Below are positions 36,181 through 46,407 of a DNA stretch of 64,000 bases, piece after piece (position 1 is the stretch's first letter; each line of letters opens with the position of its first letter). The notes under the pieces are model-generated. The model did not search any database. It was given only the letters and a program-made list of their open reading frames with translations, and was not told the DNA's origin. The DNA lies in assembly GCA_035276475.1 (NCBI GenBank), contig DATELQ010000052.1, forward strand, positions 67 through 64,066, read 5' to 3'. The position numbers and the translations under genes were made by a program. Origin of the DNA: Thermoanaerobaculia bacterium. GTDB taxonomy: Bacteria; Acidobacteriota; Thermoanaerobaculia; Gp7-AA8.

Positions 36181-37644
36181 ATGCAAGTCGCCATCTCTCG
36201 CGATCCCAAACTCTCCAAGATCGACCACCTCTTCATCGTCCTCGCCGAAAACTCGCGGCCGGATCTGCCGCTCTCGCCGAAGGCGTTGAAAAAAATCCTC
36301 GCCGACTCGGGCTTTGTCGGGCGCGGCGACGAGTTCGTCACCTCGCTCGCCGACGAGCCGAGGAAGATCACCCTCGTCGGCTGCGGCAAGGAAGAGTCGC
36401 TCTCGATCCGCGGCGCGCGCGCGGCGCTCTATCGCATCGGCAAGATCGCCAAGATGCAGCGCGACGCCTCGATCGCCGTCGTCTTCCCCTACGTCCTGCC
36501 GAAGCTCACCGCGGCCGAGACCACGCGCCTCCTCGCCGTCGAGCTCTCCCAGGCCGACTACAAGTACGACGCGTACATCACCGTCAAGAAAGACGACAAG
36601 GCGCCGAAGATCGAGGCCACGCTCGTGCCGCTCGACGGTCTCGACAGCCGCCGCTTCAAGGCCATCGAGGACGAGGCCAACGCCATCGCCGGCGGCGTGC
36701 GGCTCGTGAAGGAGCTCGGCAACGCGCCGCCGAACCTCATGACGCCGACGAAGCTCGCCCAGAGCGCCGAGCAGGCCGCGAAGGCCGTCGACATCAAGTG
36801 CACGGTCTACGGGAAAAAAGAAATCGAGAAGATGAAGATGGGCGGCCTCCTCGCCGTCAACCGCGGGTCCGCCGAGGAGCCGCGCTTCGTCGTCCTCGAG
36901 TACACGCCGAAGAAAGCGAAGGCGCACGTCGCCCTCGTCGGCAAAGGCATCACCTTCGACTCCGGCGGCATCTCCATCAAGCCCGCCGAAAAAATGGAAG
37001 AGATGAAGTTCGACATGTGCGGCGCCGCGGCGGTGATCGGCACGATCCAGGCGGCCGCCAACCTCGAGCTTCCCGTCAAGATCACCGGCGTCATCGCCAC
37101 GACCGACAACCTCCCGAGCGGCAGCGCCTACAAGCCGAGCGACATCATCACCACGATGTCGGGCAAGACTGTGGAGATCGTGAATACGGACGCCGAGGGG
37201 CGGATGATTTTGTCGGACGCGCTGCACTACGCGTCGCAGCAGAAGCCCGACCACATCATCGACTACGCCACGCTCACCGGCGCCTGCGTCGTCGCCCTCG
37301 GCAGCGAGGCCGCGGGGCTCTTCACGAACAACGATGAGCTGGCTCGGAAGTTGATTGAGAGTGGGGAGCGCGCCGGCGAGCGCCTCTGGAGAATGCCCGA
37401 GTGGGACGAATACAAGGAGCTGATCCGCAGCGAGTGGGCGGACATGAAGAACTCGGGCGGACGCTGGGGCGGCGCGATCACGGCCGCGGTCTTTCTGAAG
37501 GAGTTCGTCAATTGTCCATCGTGGGCGCATCTCGACATCGCCGGCACGGCGTACGCGGAGCACGAGACGGGGCGCGAGGCGCGCGGCGCGACGGGCGCGG
37601 GCGTGCGCGTGACCATCGCCTTCTTGGAATCGCTCTCGCGCTAG
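36181..37644 (+). CDS. pepA: Leucyl aminopeptidase (M17)
   Basis: VGKGITFDSGG, MKFDMCG, NTDAEGR, ATLTGA. Confidence 0.96.
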   Translation: MQVAISRDPKLSKIDHLFIVLAENSRPDLPLSPKALKKILADSGFVGRGDEFVTSLADEPRKITLVGCGKEESLSIRGARAALYRIGKIAKMQRDASIAVVFPYVLPKLTAAETTRLLAVELSQADYKYDAYITVKKDDKAPKIEATLVPLDGLDSRRFKAIEDEANAIAGGVRLVKELGNAPPNLMTPTKLAQSAEQAAKAVDIKCTVYGKKEIEKMKMGGLLAVNRGSAEEPRFVVLEYTPKKAKAHVALVGKGITFDSGGISIKPAEKMEEMKFDMCGAAAVIGTIQAAANLELPVKITGVIATTDNLPSGSAYKPSDIITTMSGKTVEIVNTDAEGRMILSDALHYASQQKPDHIIDYATLTGACVVALGSEAAGLFTNNDELARKLIESGERAGERLWRMPEWDEYKELIRSEWADMKNSGGRWGGAITAAVFLKEFVNCPSWAHLDIAGTAYAEHETGREARGATGAGVRVTIAFLESLSR

Positions 37645-38645
37645 CGCTCGTCGCCGCGTGCGACGGCCGCCGCACGGTCGTGCGCATCACGCCGAAGCCG
37701 GCGGCGCCGGAGATCAACTACACGGCCTTCGAGTCGCCGTCGCTGCAGTTCCTGCCGCGTCAGCAGGAGGCGCCGGGGTGGAAGCTCGAGAACGACCCGA
37801 TCGTGGTGCCGAAGGAGCACGTCGTCTCGTATCTTGGCCCCGAGGGGCCGACGTTCGCGGCGTACCAGACGCTCGACGACACCGTCGGCAAATACAGCGC
37901 GACCAACGGCGGCGGCTTCGCCACCGTCGAGATCTTCCGCTTCCCCGACTTCGTCAAAGCCTTCGGCGCGTACTCGCTGCAGAAGGACGGCAACCTCCGC
38001 TTCATCGACATCCCGAACGAGTCGTTCGTGAAGCCGCACTCGGTGCACATCTGGCGCGGCCCGTTCTACGTGCGGATCATCGGCGAGGGGGCGCCCGACA
38101 GCGTGACCGCGCTGGCAAAGTTCGTCTCCGACAAGATGCCGCCCGCGCCCGGCAAGCCGGCCATCTTCGCGTTCCTCCCCGACAAGCTGCGCGTCCCGAA
38201 CAGCGAGCGCTACTCCGCGGAAAAAGGCTTCGGCCAGGGCTTCCTCGGCAATTCGTTCCAGGCGGAGTTCAACGTCGACGGCGACATCGTCAACGGGCTG
38301 GTGATCCCCGCGGTGAGCAAGCAGGCCGCCGGACAGATCCTGGTGACGTACAGGAATCTCTACACGCGCAACGGCAAGCTGCTCGACCCGATCCCGAACC
38401 TCGGCGAGGACAATTTCACGGCCGAGGACCGTTACCTCGGGCGCGTGGTGGCGTTCCGCATCGACCGCTTCCTCGTCGCGTTCAACGGATTCAAGGAGCG
38501 CCAGCACCTCATCGACCTGGCCACGCAGGCCGACCAGAAGATCCTCGGCACGATCCGCAAGCAGCTCGTCACCGCGGAGAACGACGAGGAGAAGCCGAAC
38601 ACGACGACGGTGCCGGCGTGGATGCAGCAGCAGCGGCGGCGCTAA
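37521..38645 (+). CDS. Putative lipoprotein (start uncertain)
   Basis: LALALVAAC lipobox; coding-like codon usage; nearest in-frame start is GTG 37521, inside pepA. Confidence 0.65.
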   Translation: MGASRHRRHGVRGARDGARGARRDGRGRARDHRLLGIALALALVAACDGRRTVVRITPKPAAPEINYTAFESPSLQFLPRQQEAPGWKLENDPIVVPKEHVVSYLGPEGPTFAAYQTLDDTVGKYSATNGGGFATVEIFRFPDFVKAFGAYSLQKDGNLRFIDIPNESFVKPHSVHIWRGPFYVRIIGEGAPDSVTALAKFVSDKMPPAPGKPAIFAFLPDKLRVPNSERYSAEKGFGQGFLGNSFQAEFNVDGDIVNGLVIPAVSKQAAGQILVTYRNLYTRNGKLLDPIPNLGEDNFTAEDRYLGRVVAFRIDRFLVAFNGFKERQHLIDLATQADQKILGTIRKQLVTAENDEEKPNTTTVPAWMQQQRRR

Positions 38646-40051
38646 GGCACGATCAAGTCCGTGCGCGCGAAGCCGAGCATTCCGCCGGCGTTCATCAGCA
38701 CTTTGACCACGTAGCGCCCCGGCGGAAGTTTCAGTTGCTCCTGCAACGCATCGCGGACGCGCGCAGCCTTCGAGAAGACGGTCGCGCCCTGTTCGTCCAC
38801 GACGTACAGGTAGGCATCGACGACCGATGCCTCGGCCGGGTTGAACGCAGCGGTAATCGTCCCGCGCGGCGTGGCGTCCAACGTCACTGACAGCCCGTTC
38901 TGCGGGATGTCGTTGGCGATGATGTCGGCGAGTTGCAGCGCGTCGAGCGGCCCTTCCGCCGCGGCCTTCCCGTAGCCGGTGCGATAGCTGACGCGCGCGC
39001 CGCGCGGCGCACCGCCGACGCGCACCTCGATCGTCCCGGCGCGATTGTCGCGGCGCATGAAGCCGAGCCGGTAGACGCTCTGCTGCAGCGACGTTAATCG
39101 TGTCAGTGCGCGGCCGACGTCGTTCTCGCCGCTGATGAGCGTACCGCCGGTGGCCGACGTCAACTGCCGCAGCGGCTCGGAGGAGTTGAGCGGGCGGACG
39201 CCGAATGTGTCGACGGCGTCGAGGAACACACCCGCGTCGGCGAAGGCGCGGTAGATCTGCGCGATGTCCGTCCGGAATCGCGACTGCTGTACGAATTCGC
39301 CGAAGAGGTAGGGCCCGAAGCCGGCGCTCAGCAGCACCACATGCTTCTGTCCTTCGAGCGCACGCATGCGCTCCGCGGCGGCGGCGAGACCGTCCAACTG
39401 ATGCTCCGCGAAGTGCCGCCGCGGCTCCGCCAGCGAGTCCTTGTTCGCGTCGCCGCCGAGGAGCGTGTTCCGGATGTCGGCGCTGCGGTTCCCCGTTTCC
39501 TGCACCTGACTGTAGTTGTCGGTCATCACCAACGCGCGCTCGGCCTGCTTCGTGGCGATGCCTAAGGCGTCGTGCGCGTCGCTCGGAGCGAGCGTGGCCA
39601 CGGCGCGGCGCACGGCCACGCGGTCGGTGAGGAACGGGATCACGAACTGGATGCCGTCGCGTGCCGTGTACGTGGCGACGGCGAAGGCGTCGGTATCGGG
39701 ATTCGCGCGCGCCACGAGAGCGTCGGCGGCGTGTTGGGCTCGCACGAGGTCGTTCGGCCGCGTGAAGAAGAGATCGAAGAGGAGGAGGTAGAGGCGACGC
39801 TGGTGGAGCTGCGGGGCTGCCGCGCCTCGAGGCTGCGGAGTCTCGCCGCCGATCTCCTCGAAATACTCGATCTCCCGCGGCTTCCCGTCGACGCGCAGCG
39901 AGAACGCCTCCTTCGGCAGCCCGCGCACCGGCGTTCCGTCCGCCGCGGTGACGTAGACCGGCACCTCGATGAGCTCGACGGTGACACTCTCGCGCGTCTG
40001 CGCGAGCGCGGCCGATGCTGCGAACAGAAGCAGGGCGACGGCGCTCTTCAT
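38642..40051 (-). CDS. VWFA-related acidobacterial domain protein
   Basis: Signal peptide; VELIEVPVYVT...PVRGL, LLLFDLFF, GQKHVVLLSAGF, TGG. Confidence 0.85.
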   Translation of the reverse strand: MKSAVALLLFAASAALAQTRESVTVELIEVPVYVTAADGTPVRGLPKEAFSLRVDGKPREIEYFEEIGGETPQPRGAAAPQLHQRRLYLLLFDLFFTRPNDLVRAQHAADALVARANPDTDAFAVATYTARDGIQFVIPFLTDRVAVRRAVATLAPSDAHDALGIATKQAERALVMTDNYSQVQETGNRSADIRNTLLGGDANKDSLAEPRRHFAEHQLDGLAAAAERMRALEGQKHVVLLSAGFGPYLFGEFVQQSRFRTDIAQIYRAFADAGVFLDAVDTFGVRPLNSSEPLRQLTSATGGTLISGENDVGRALTRLTSLQQSVYRLGFMRRDNRAGTIEVRVGGAPRGARVSYRTGYGKAAAEGPLDALQLADIIANDIPQNGLSVTLDATPRGTITAAFNPAEASVVDAYLYVVDEQGATVFSKAARVRDALQEQLKLPPGRYVVKVLMNAGGMLGFARTDLIVP

Positions 40052-41559
40052 CGCGCGACAGTGAAGTCCGTTCTCGCGAATCCCATCGACTCTCCGAGCC
40101 GCACCAGCACTTTCGCGGTGTAGTTGCCGGGCGGCAGGTCGAACGTCTCGTCGAAGCGGATGGCCGCGTCGCGCGGGGCAGCCGAGGCACGCTCGCTCTC
40201 GATGTCGATGCGCTTCACCTTCGTGGCCACGGCGCGCGCGCCGGAGAAGACGTAGATCATCGCGTCGGCGCGCGCAGTCTTCGTGTCGATCTGCGCGAGC
40301 AGCTCGCGCGCAGGGATCGATACCGACACGGTGCTCCCCTTCGCCGAGGCGTTGACGGTCACGCCGTTCTGCGGGATGTCGTTGAGCAGGATGTCGGCGA
40401 GCTGCAAGCCGTTCTCCGCCGACGCGGCCGGCGGCTCCGTAGAGTACGACGGCCGATAGCTGACGCGCGGATGCCCGTCCACGCCGTGCAGGCGCACCTT
40501 GATCGCGTTCTCGCCGCGCCCGGTGTCGCGGTTGTGAAAGCCGAGGACGTAGACGACGCGCTGGCGATCGCTCAGCACCTGCAGCGCCTCGTACAGATTG
40601 TTGCGGTTGTCGACGACCGTGCCGCCGGTGTCGCGCGTCAGCGCGTAAAGCGACTCGTTCTCCGCGAGCGTCCAGGTGTATCGCAGTCCGGCGGTGTCGA
40701 TGGCGTCGAGAAACACGCCGGCATCCGCGTACTGACGAATCATCTTGCGCGAGGCGATCAATCCTGGCGTGTTCGCGGCGAAGAGCTGCGGATTCCCCGC
40801 GGTCGGAGAGGCCTGGCTGAGCGGCCCGACGCGAATCGACGAGACGCCGTGCAACAGCGCGGCCGAGTAGCCCTCGGAGAGGAGAACGACGTGTTTCTGC
40901 CCCTCAATCGGCGCGAGGCGTTCGGCCAGCAGCCCGAGCGCCTCCATCTGTCCCTCGGCCGTGTTGCGCTGGCGGTCGAGGATCAGCTCCTCGGCGACGC
41001 GTGTCTGCGCTGCCGCGGGAAGCTCGCCGCGGTCGAACGCCGCCTCGATCGGCTGAATCTCCGCGGGCCCGGCCGCGAGCCGCAGCGGATCGGCGTTCGC
41101 GGCCGGCCGCAGCGAGGCGATGGCCCGCGCGATGGCGATGCGGTCCTTCGTGAACGGCACGAGCACGTCGAGGCCGCGGTGCGACGAGTACGTCGCCACG
41201 GAAAAGACGTCGGCGTAGCCGGCGTGTTGCACGAGCTCCTGCGCCGCGCGCTGGGCGCGGTGGATGCTGTTCGGCGCGGAGTAGAAGAGGTCGAAGACGA
41301 GGACGTAGAGCCGGCGCTCGCGCGGATCGACGCGCGTGTCCTTCGGCGCGATTTTGCCGAAGTCGATGACGTCGAAGTAGTCGATCGTCTGCGGCTTGCC
41401 ATTGACGGTGAGCTCGAAGTTGTCGCGAGACAGCCCGGTGACGACGCCCAGCGCCGTGGAGACGTAGACCGGCACCTGGACGACTTCGACGTTCTGGACT
41501 TCACGGTGGGCGGCAAGCGCAGGGAGGGCGACGAGGAGCAGGGCGAGAACACGACGCAT
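40048..41559 (-). CDS. VWFA-related acidobacterial domain protein (tandem paralogue)
   Basis: Same motifs as the neighbour; shared LQLADIxxNDIPQNG and GFARTD. Confidence 0.85.
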   Translation of the reverse strand: MRRVLALLLVALPALAAHREVQNVEVVQVPVYVSTALGVVTGLSRDNFELTVNGKPQTIDYFDVIDFGKIAPKDTRVDPRERRLYVLVFDLFYSAPNSIHRAQRAAQELVQHAGYADVFSVATYSSHRGLDVLVPFTKDRIAIARAIASLRPAANADPLRLAAGPAEIQPIEAAFDRGELPAAAQTRVAEELILDRQRNTAEGQMEALGLLAERLAPIEGQKHVVLLSEGYSAALLHGVSSIRVGPLSQASPTAGNPQLFAANTPGLIASRKMIRQYADAGVFLDAIDTAGLRYTWTLAENESLYALTRDTGGTVVDNRNNLYEALQVLSDRQRVVYVLGFHNRDTGRGENAIKVRLHGVDGHPRVSYRPSYSTEPPAASAENGLQLADILLNDIPQNGVTVNASAKGSTVSVSIPARELLAQIDTKTARADAMIYVFSGARAVATKVKRIDIESERASAAPRDAAIRFDETFDLPPGNYTAKVLVRLGESMGFARTDFTVAR

Positions 41560-41666
41560 TGAGCTGTCTCCTTGCGCGCGAGCCGATGCGGCGGGCGTGC
41601 CCGAGATTTCGGGTTGTTTCGCGCGTTTTCTGTCATCGCGCGCGGTCACTGCGACCTACGCGGGCG

Positions 41667-42143
41667 TCACCGCTCCCACAGTCCGCTCTTGCCGCCGGAC
41701 TTGCGCACGAGCTGCAGGGACTCGATCGAGATCCCCTTCTCTGCGCTCTTGCACATGTCGTAGATCGTCAGCGCCGCGACGGCGCAGGCGGTCATCGCCT
41801 CCATCTCCACGCCGGTCTTGCCGTCGCAACGGACGATGGCGTGGACTTCGACGGTGCCGGCGGCGGGATCGAGGTCGAAGGTGATGTCGACGGAGGTGAC
41901 GGCAATGGGGTGAGCGAGCGGGATGAGCGTCGGCGTCTGCTTCGCGGCCAGGACGCCGGCGACTTTGGCGGTGGCGAGGACGTCGCCCTTCGGCAGGGCG
42001 CGATCGATGAGGCGTTTGAGCGTCTCCGGCTTCATGCGCACGGTGGCGGTGGCGACGGCCTCGCGCCGCGTGGTGTGCTTGGAGCCGACGTCGACCATGG
42101 AGATGCCGCCGGTGTCGTCGAGATGGGAAAAGTCGTTGCTCAT
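41667..42143 (-). CDS. moaC: Cyclic pyranopterin monophosphate synthase
   Basis: MVDVGSK, KGDVL, LIPLAH, TGVEMEA, YDMCK, KSGGKSG. Confidence 0.97.
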   Translation of the reverse strand: MSNDFSHLDDTGGISMVDVGSKHTTRREAVATATVRMKPETLKRLIDRALPKGDVLATAKVAGVLAAKQTPTLIPLAHPIAVTSVDITFDLDPAAGTVEVHAIVRCDGKTGVEMEAMTACAVAALTIYDMCKSAEKGISIESLQLVRKSGGKSGLWER

Positions 42144-42706
42144 GCGTACCTCATCGCGCTTTCCAATTCCTCGGGTGTGTTCACGTTGAGCAGCGGCTCG
42201 CCGCCGAAGCGGGAGCGCAGTTCGTCTTCTTCGATGATCTCCGCGCCGCGCGCCAGTCCGTGCAGGTCATATTGCTTGCTCGCAATTCGCTCCGTCACGA
42301 TCGCCTCGACGTCGAAGGCGTAGCCGGCGCAGAGCATCTGCAGTTTGCCGCTCCAGCGCGGCACGATGATTGTCGAGTTCGACACTTCCACGCGCATGCG
42401 CAGAAAGCGCAAGACGTCCGCGTCGATGAGCGGGTAGTCGACGGCCAGCAGGAAGCACGTCGCTTTCGCATGCCTCAGCGCGGCCAGGAGGCCGAAGATC
42501 GCCGCCTCGTCGTCGTGCGGCGCTTCTTCGATCGTTTCGATGTCGAGCTTCGCGCCGCCGGGCCGTTGCACGGCGATGACTCGATCGAACACTGCGCGCG
42601 CGGCGCTCGCGGCGCGATCGAGGAACGTCGCGCCGCCGAGCTCGATCTCGAGCTTGGAGCGTCCCATGCGCGACGAGCGTCCGCCCGCGAGGAGGTAGCA
42701 GTTCAC
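42140..42706 (-). CDS. mobA: Molybdenum cofactor guanylyltransferase
   Basis: LAGGRSSRMGRSK, AVDYP, NVNTPEEL; coupled to moaC. Confidence 0.88.
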   Translation of the reverse strand: MNCYLLAGGRSSRMGRSKLEIELGGATFLDRAASAARAVFDRVIAVQRPGGAKLDIETIEEAPHDDEAAIFGLLAALRHAKATCFLLAVDYPLIDADVLRFLRMRVEVSNSTIIVPRWSGKLQMLCAGYAFDVEAIVTERIASKQYDLHGLARGAEIIEEDELRSRFGGEPLLNVNTPEELESAMRYA

Positions 42707-42724
42707 AACGCGTATCGTACTGCC

Positions 42725-43363
42725 ATGCTCACCGTTGTGATTCCGGCGCTGAACGAGGAGGAGCGCGTCGCCGCCGCCGTCCGCTCCGCGTTCGAGGCCG
42801 GAGCGTCCGAGGTGATCGTGGTCGATGGCGGGTCGAGCGACGCGACAGTCGAGCGCGCGCGCGACGCCGGCGCCCGCGTGCTCCTCGGCGAGCGGATGCG
42901 CGCGAAGCAGCTCAACCTCGGCGCACGTGCCGCTGCGAACGACACGATCATTTTTCTGCACGCTGATACGCTCCTGCCGAATGGCGCGTGCGCGGCGGTT
43001 CTGGCGTCGGGCGCGCCCTTCGGCGGCTTTCGCATCGCCTTCGCCGAGCGCTCGCTGCGCCTCCGCTACGTCGCGTTCATGATCAACCTGCGGACGCGGA
43101 TCACGCGGCAGCCGTGGGGCGATCAGGCACAGTTCGTCGACCGCCGCGCCTTCCCCGGCTTCCGCGAGATCCCGATCATGGAGGACTACGACCTCGCGCG
43201 ACGGATGAAGCGCGGCGTCATCCTGCCGCTGACCGTCATCACCTCCGGCCGCCGCTTTCTGCAGAAAGGCGTGGTCCGAACGTCGTTCATCAACTGGACG
43301 ACGATCCTCCGCTACCACCTCGGCGCTGACGTCGACGCACTCGCCCGCCGCTATCGCAAGTAA
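42725..43363 (+). CDS. GT2 glycosyltransferase (TIGR04283-like)
   Basis: VVIPALNEE, VVDGGSSD, FLHADT, WGDQAQF, IMED. Confidence 0.88.
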   Translation: MLTVVIPALNEEERVAAAVRSAFEAGASEVIVVDGGSSDATVERARDAGARVLLGERMRAKQLNLGARAAANDTIIFLHADTLLPNGACAAVLASGAPFGGFRIAFAERSLRLRYVAFMINLRTRITRQPWGDQAQFVDRRAFPGFREIPIMEDYDLARRMKRGVILPLTVITSGRRFLQKGVVRTSFINWTTILRYHLGADVDALARRYRK

Positions 43364-43806
43364 TTGAGGATCGCGCTGATCTCGAATCCCTGCCGCTGCA
43401 GCCGCGCCGCGATCTTGTCGCGGTCGGCGCCGAAGCGGTGGGAGAGCTTCTCGTACGCGGCGCGCAGCCGCTCCTCTTCGCCGTCGCCGTGCTCGCGAAT
43501 GGCCCGCTCCGCCGCGTCGTCCGAAACGCCGGCGTTGCGCAGCTCGCCGCGGATGCGCAGCCGTCCGATACCCTTCCGCACGCGCGTCCGCACATACGCC
43601 CCGGCGAAGCGGTCGTCATCGAGCCACTTCTCCTCGCGCAGCCGCGCCAGCGTCGCCGCGACCGTCGCGTCATCGAACTTCTTCGCCGCCAACTTCCGGC
43701 GCAGCTCCGCCTCGGAATTGAAGCGGTAGTTCAGGATGCGGAGGGCCACCGCGTAGCAAGTAGATGGGGTCAGGTCTTCACTTTTCACTTTCTTATTTGT
43801 AGCCAT
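43351..43806 (-). CDS. recX: Regulatory protein RecX
   Basis: ALRILNYRFNSEAELRRKL, WLDDDRFA, GRLRIRGEL, LQRQGF. The start lies inside the palindromic element. Confidence 0.88.
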   Translation of the reverse strand: MATNKKVKSEDLTPSTCYAVALRILNYRFNSEAELRRKLAAKKFDDATVAATLARLREEKWLDDDRFAGAYVRTRVRKGIGRLRIRGELRNAGVSDDAAERAIREHGDGEEERLRAAYEKLSHRFGADRDKIAARLQRQGFEISAILNYLR

Positions 43807-43857
43807 GCCGTGCGAGTTACTCCGAATAAGAAAGTGAAAAGTGAAGACCTGACCCCA
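43765..43857. repeat. REP/MITE-like element with 33-bp perfect inverted repeats and a 27-nt loop
   Basis: TGGGGTCAGGTCTTCACTTTTCACTTTCTTATT (43765-43797) and its exact reverse complement (43825-43857). Confidence 0.9.
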
Positions 43858-43859
43858 AT

Positions 43860-45038
43860 CTACAGCGAGTTGCCGAAGTCGAACGGCGAGTCGTCGGAGA
43901 ACGGATCGCTCGAGTCGCTGGCGACGGAGAGCTTCGACTCCATCTCCTCTCGGGACATATCCGAGGTCGACTGGATGCCTTGCAGCTTGAGGCGGAACTC
44001 GTCGGGGTTCGAGGCGCGGCGCAGTGCTTCGTCGAGCGTGATCAGGCCGTTCTTGTAGAGCATGTAGAGCGACTGATCGAACGTCTGCATGCCGTACTGC
44101 GACGTCCCCTGCGAGATCGCGTCCTTGATCAGCTTCGTCTTTTCCTTGTTCTCGATGCAGTCGCGAATGTACGCGGTCGAGATCAGCACCTCGCACGCGG
44201 GCACGCGGCCGAGGCCGTCGGCGCGCGGGAGAAGGCGCAGCGAGACGACCGCTTTGAGCACCGCGGCGAGCTGCAGGCGGATCTGCTTCTGCTGGTGCGG
44301 CGGGAAGACGGAGATGATGCGGTTGATCGTCTCCGTCGCGTCCATCGTGTGCAGCGTGGAGAGCACCAGATGCCCGGTCTCCGCGGCCGTGAGCGCCGTC
44401 TCGATCGTCTCATAGTCGCGCATCTCGCCGACGAGGATGACGTCCGGGTCCTGGCGCAAGGCGCTGCGCAGCGCCTGCGAGAACGACTTCGTGTCGACCT
44501 CGATCTCGCGCTGGTTCACGATCGACTTCTTGTCGCGGTGAAGGAACTCGATCGGGTCCTCGACCGTCATGATGTGCTCGGTGCGGTGGGCGTTGATGTA
44601 GTCGATCATCGCCGCCAGCGTCGTCGACTTGCCGGAGCCGGTCGTGCCGGTGCAGAGAATGAGGCCGCGGCGCTCGTCGGCGATCTTCTCCAGGACGATC
44701 GGCAGCATGAGCTCGCGGATGGAGAGGATCTTGACCGGGATGACGCGGAGGACCATGCCGACGGTGCCGCGCTGCTGGAAGATGTTGCAGCGGAAGCGGC
44801 CCAGGCCAGGGACCGAGTAGGCGATGTCGATCTCGTAGTTGTTCTTGAACTTCTCCTTCTGCCGCGAGGACATGATGGAGAAGGCCATAGCGATCGTGTC
44901 CTCCTGCATGAGCCGCTTGAGCTCCACCAGCGGCACGAGCTCGCCGTCGACGCGGATGACCGGATGCGACCCGACTTTGATGTGCAGGTCCGACGCGCGG
45001 CGCTCGGCGGCGATCTTCAGGAGGTCGTTGATGTGCAT
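43860..45038 (-). CDS. pilT: Type IV pilus retraction ATPase
   Basis: ASDLH, GTTGSGKST, EDPIE, ALRQDPD, AETGHLVLSTLHT, GMQTFDQ. Confidence 0.95.
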   Translation of the reverse strand: MHINDLLKIAAERRASDLHIKVGSHPVIRVDGELVPLVELKRLMQEDTIAMAFSIMSSRQKEKFKNNYEIDIAYSVPGLGRFRCNIFQQRGTVGMVLRVIPVKILSIRELMLPIVLEKIADERRGLILCTGTTGSGKSTTLAAMIDYINAHRTEHIMTVEDPIEFLHRDKKSIVNQREIEVDTKSFSQALRSALRQDPDVILVGEMRDYETIETALTAAETGHLVLSTLHTMDATETINRIISVFPPHQQKQIRLQLAAVLKAVVSLRLLPRADGLGRVPACEVLISTAYIRDCIENKEKTKLIKDAISQGTSQYGMQTFDQSLYMLYKNGLITLDEALRRASNPDEFRLKLQGIQSTSDMSREEMESKLSVASDSSDPFSDDSPFDFGNSL

Positions 45039-45061
45039 GAACGCGTTATTTTACGCCAATC

Positions 45062-45718
45062 ATGCTGAAGTCCGTGCTCCGCGTCCCCTCCGCACAACCC
45101 GACGACGTTCCGCTCCCGCTCGTGCTGGTCATGCACGGCCGCGGCGCCGACGCCAACGACCTCGCCGACCTCGCGCCGATGCTCGACCCGCCCGGCGGCG
45201 CGCGCTTCGTCTTTCCGAACGCGCCGAAGCCGTTCGAGGCCGCTCCCGGCATGACCTTCGGCTACAGCTGGTTCGACGGTTGGCCGCCGCGCGGCCAGTC
45301 GATGCAGGAGTCGCGCGCGCTGATCCTCGAGCTCATCGACGACCTCGTCGAGCGCTATCCGACGCCGCCCGGCAAGCTCATCGTCAGCGGCTTCTCGCAG
45401 GGTGGATTGATGTCGATCGACGCCGGTTTCCGGACGAAGCAAGAGGTCGCCGGCATCGTGGTGATGAGCGGCGCCATTGCCGAGTCCGACATGCCTGACT
45501 TCGCCGCGAAAAAGGACGTGCCGGTGCTGATCGTCCACGGCACCGCGGACGACATGATCCCGGTGCTGGCGGCGAGGCGGGCGCGGCGGATACTCGAGCA
45601 GCACGGTATCGAGCCCGAGTATCACGAGTTCCCGATGGGGCATCACGTGACGCCGGAGTCGATGGAGGTCGTACGCAATTTCATGGCAGCGCGATTGCTT
45701 CAATCGCCTACAACATGA
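45062..45718 (+). CDS. Phospholipase/carboxylesterase (alpha/beta hydrolase)
   Basis: MHGRG, GFSQGG, HGTADD, MGH. Confidence 0.92.
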   Translation: MLKSVLRVPSAQPDDVPLPLVLVMHGRGADANDLADLAPMLDPPGGARFVFPNAPKPFEAAPGMTFGYSWFDGWPPRGQSMQESRALILELIDDLVERYPTPPGKLIVSGFSQGGLMSIDAGFRTKQEVAGIVVMSGAIAESDMPDFAAKKDVPVLIVHGTADDMIPVLAARRARRILEQHGIEPEYHEFPMGHHVTPESMEVVRNFMAARLLQSPTT

Positions 45719-46404
45719 CTCCAAATAACCGCTTCGCCGCCATCGCTCTCACGGTTGCGCTTGCTGTGCCCGCCGCGGAAGCTTCGATGGCGACGGCCGC
45801 CCCCTTCGAGGAGAAAGTCGACAACGCGAACTCCATCATCGTCGGGCGGTGTCTGAAAAACGAATCGCGCTGGGACCCGAGCGGCCGCTGGATCCTCACC
45901 TACTCGACGTTCAAGGTGACGAACACCCTCAAAGGGAGCGCGGCGCAGGAAGTGACGCTCGTCGTTCCGGGGGGCTCGATCGGCGGCGTGCACCAGAGCA
46001 GCGTCGGCCTGCCGGCGTTCAGCGAAGGGAGCGAGAACGTCCTCTTCATCCGCAACAGCAAGGTCGGTCCAACGGTGCTGTACTTCGACCAGGGGGCCTA
46101 CGACGTCAAGACGAACGATCGCGGCGAGAAGGTCGTCGAGCCGGTGGCCACCGACGTAGTGCACATCGACGCACAGCGGGGCGTGGCTGTGCCAGGCGAG
46201 GGGCCGCGCAGCTTGAGCGAGTTCAAAGGCGCGGTCGACCGCGCGGTTCGCACCGCCGACGAGCGTCGCCAGAAGATGGATCTCATTCGCGCGCGGCAGC
46301 AGAAGGGACCGTCGATCGGCTCGATGATCATCGGCAACAAGCTGGTGCTCGCGGCGCTGGCTATCGGATTGCTGCTGGCCGCGTGGCAGCTCTTCCGCCG
46401 GTAG
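45715..46404 (+). CDS. Secreted hypothetical protein with C-terminal TM anchor
   Basis: Signal peptide; VPGGSIGG; C-terminal hydrophobic helix followed by RR. Confidence 0.75.
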   Translation: MTPNNRFAAIALTVALAVPAAEASMATAAPFEEKVDNANSIIVGRCLKNESRWDPSGRWILTYSTFKVTNTLKGSAAQEVTLVVPGGSIGGVHQSSVGLPAFSEGSENVLFIRNSKVGPTVLYFDQGAYDVKTNDRGEKVVEPVATDVVHIDAQRGVAVPGEGPRSLSEFKGAVDRAVRTADERRQKMDLIRARQQKGPSIGSMIIGNKLVLAALAIGLLLAAWQLFRR

Positions 46405-46407
46405 CGC

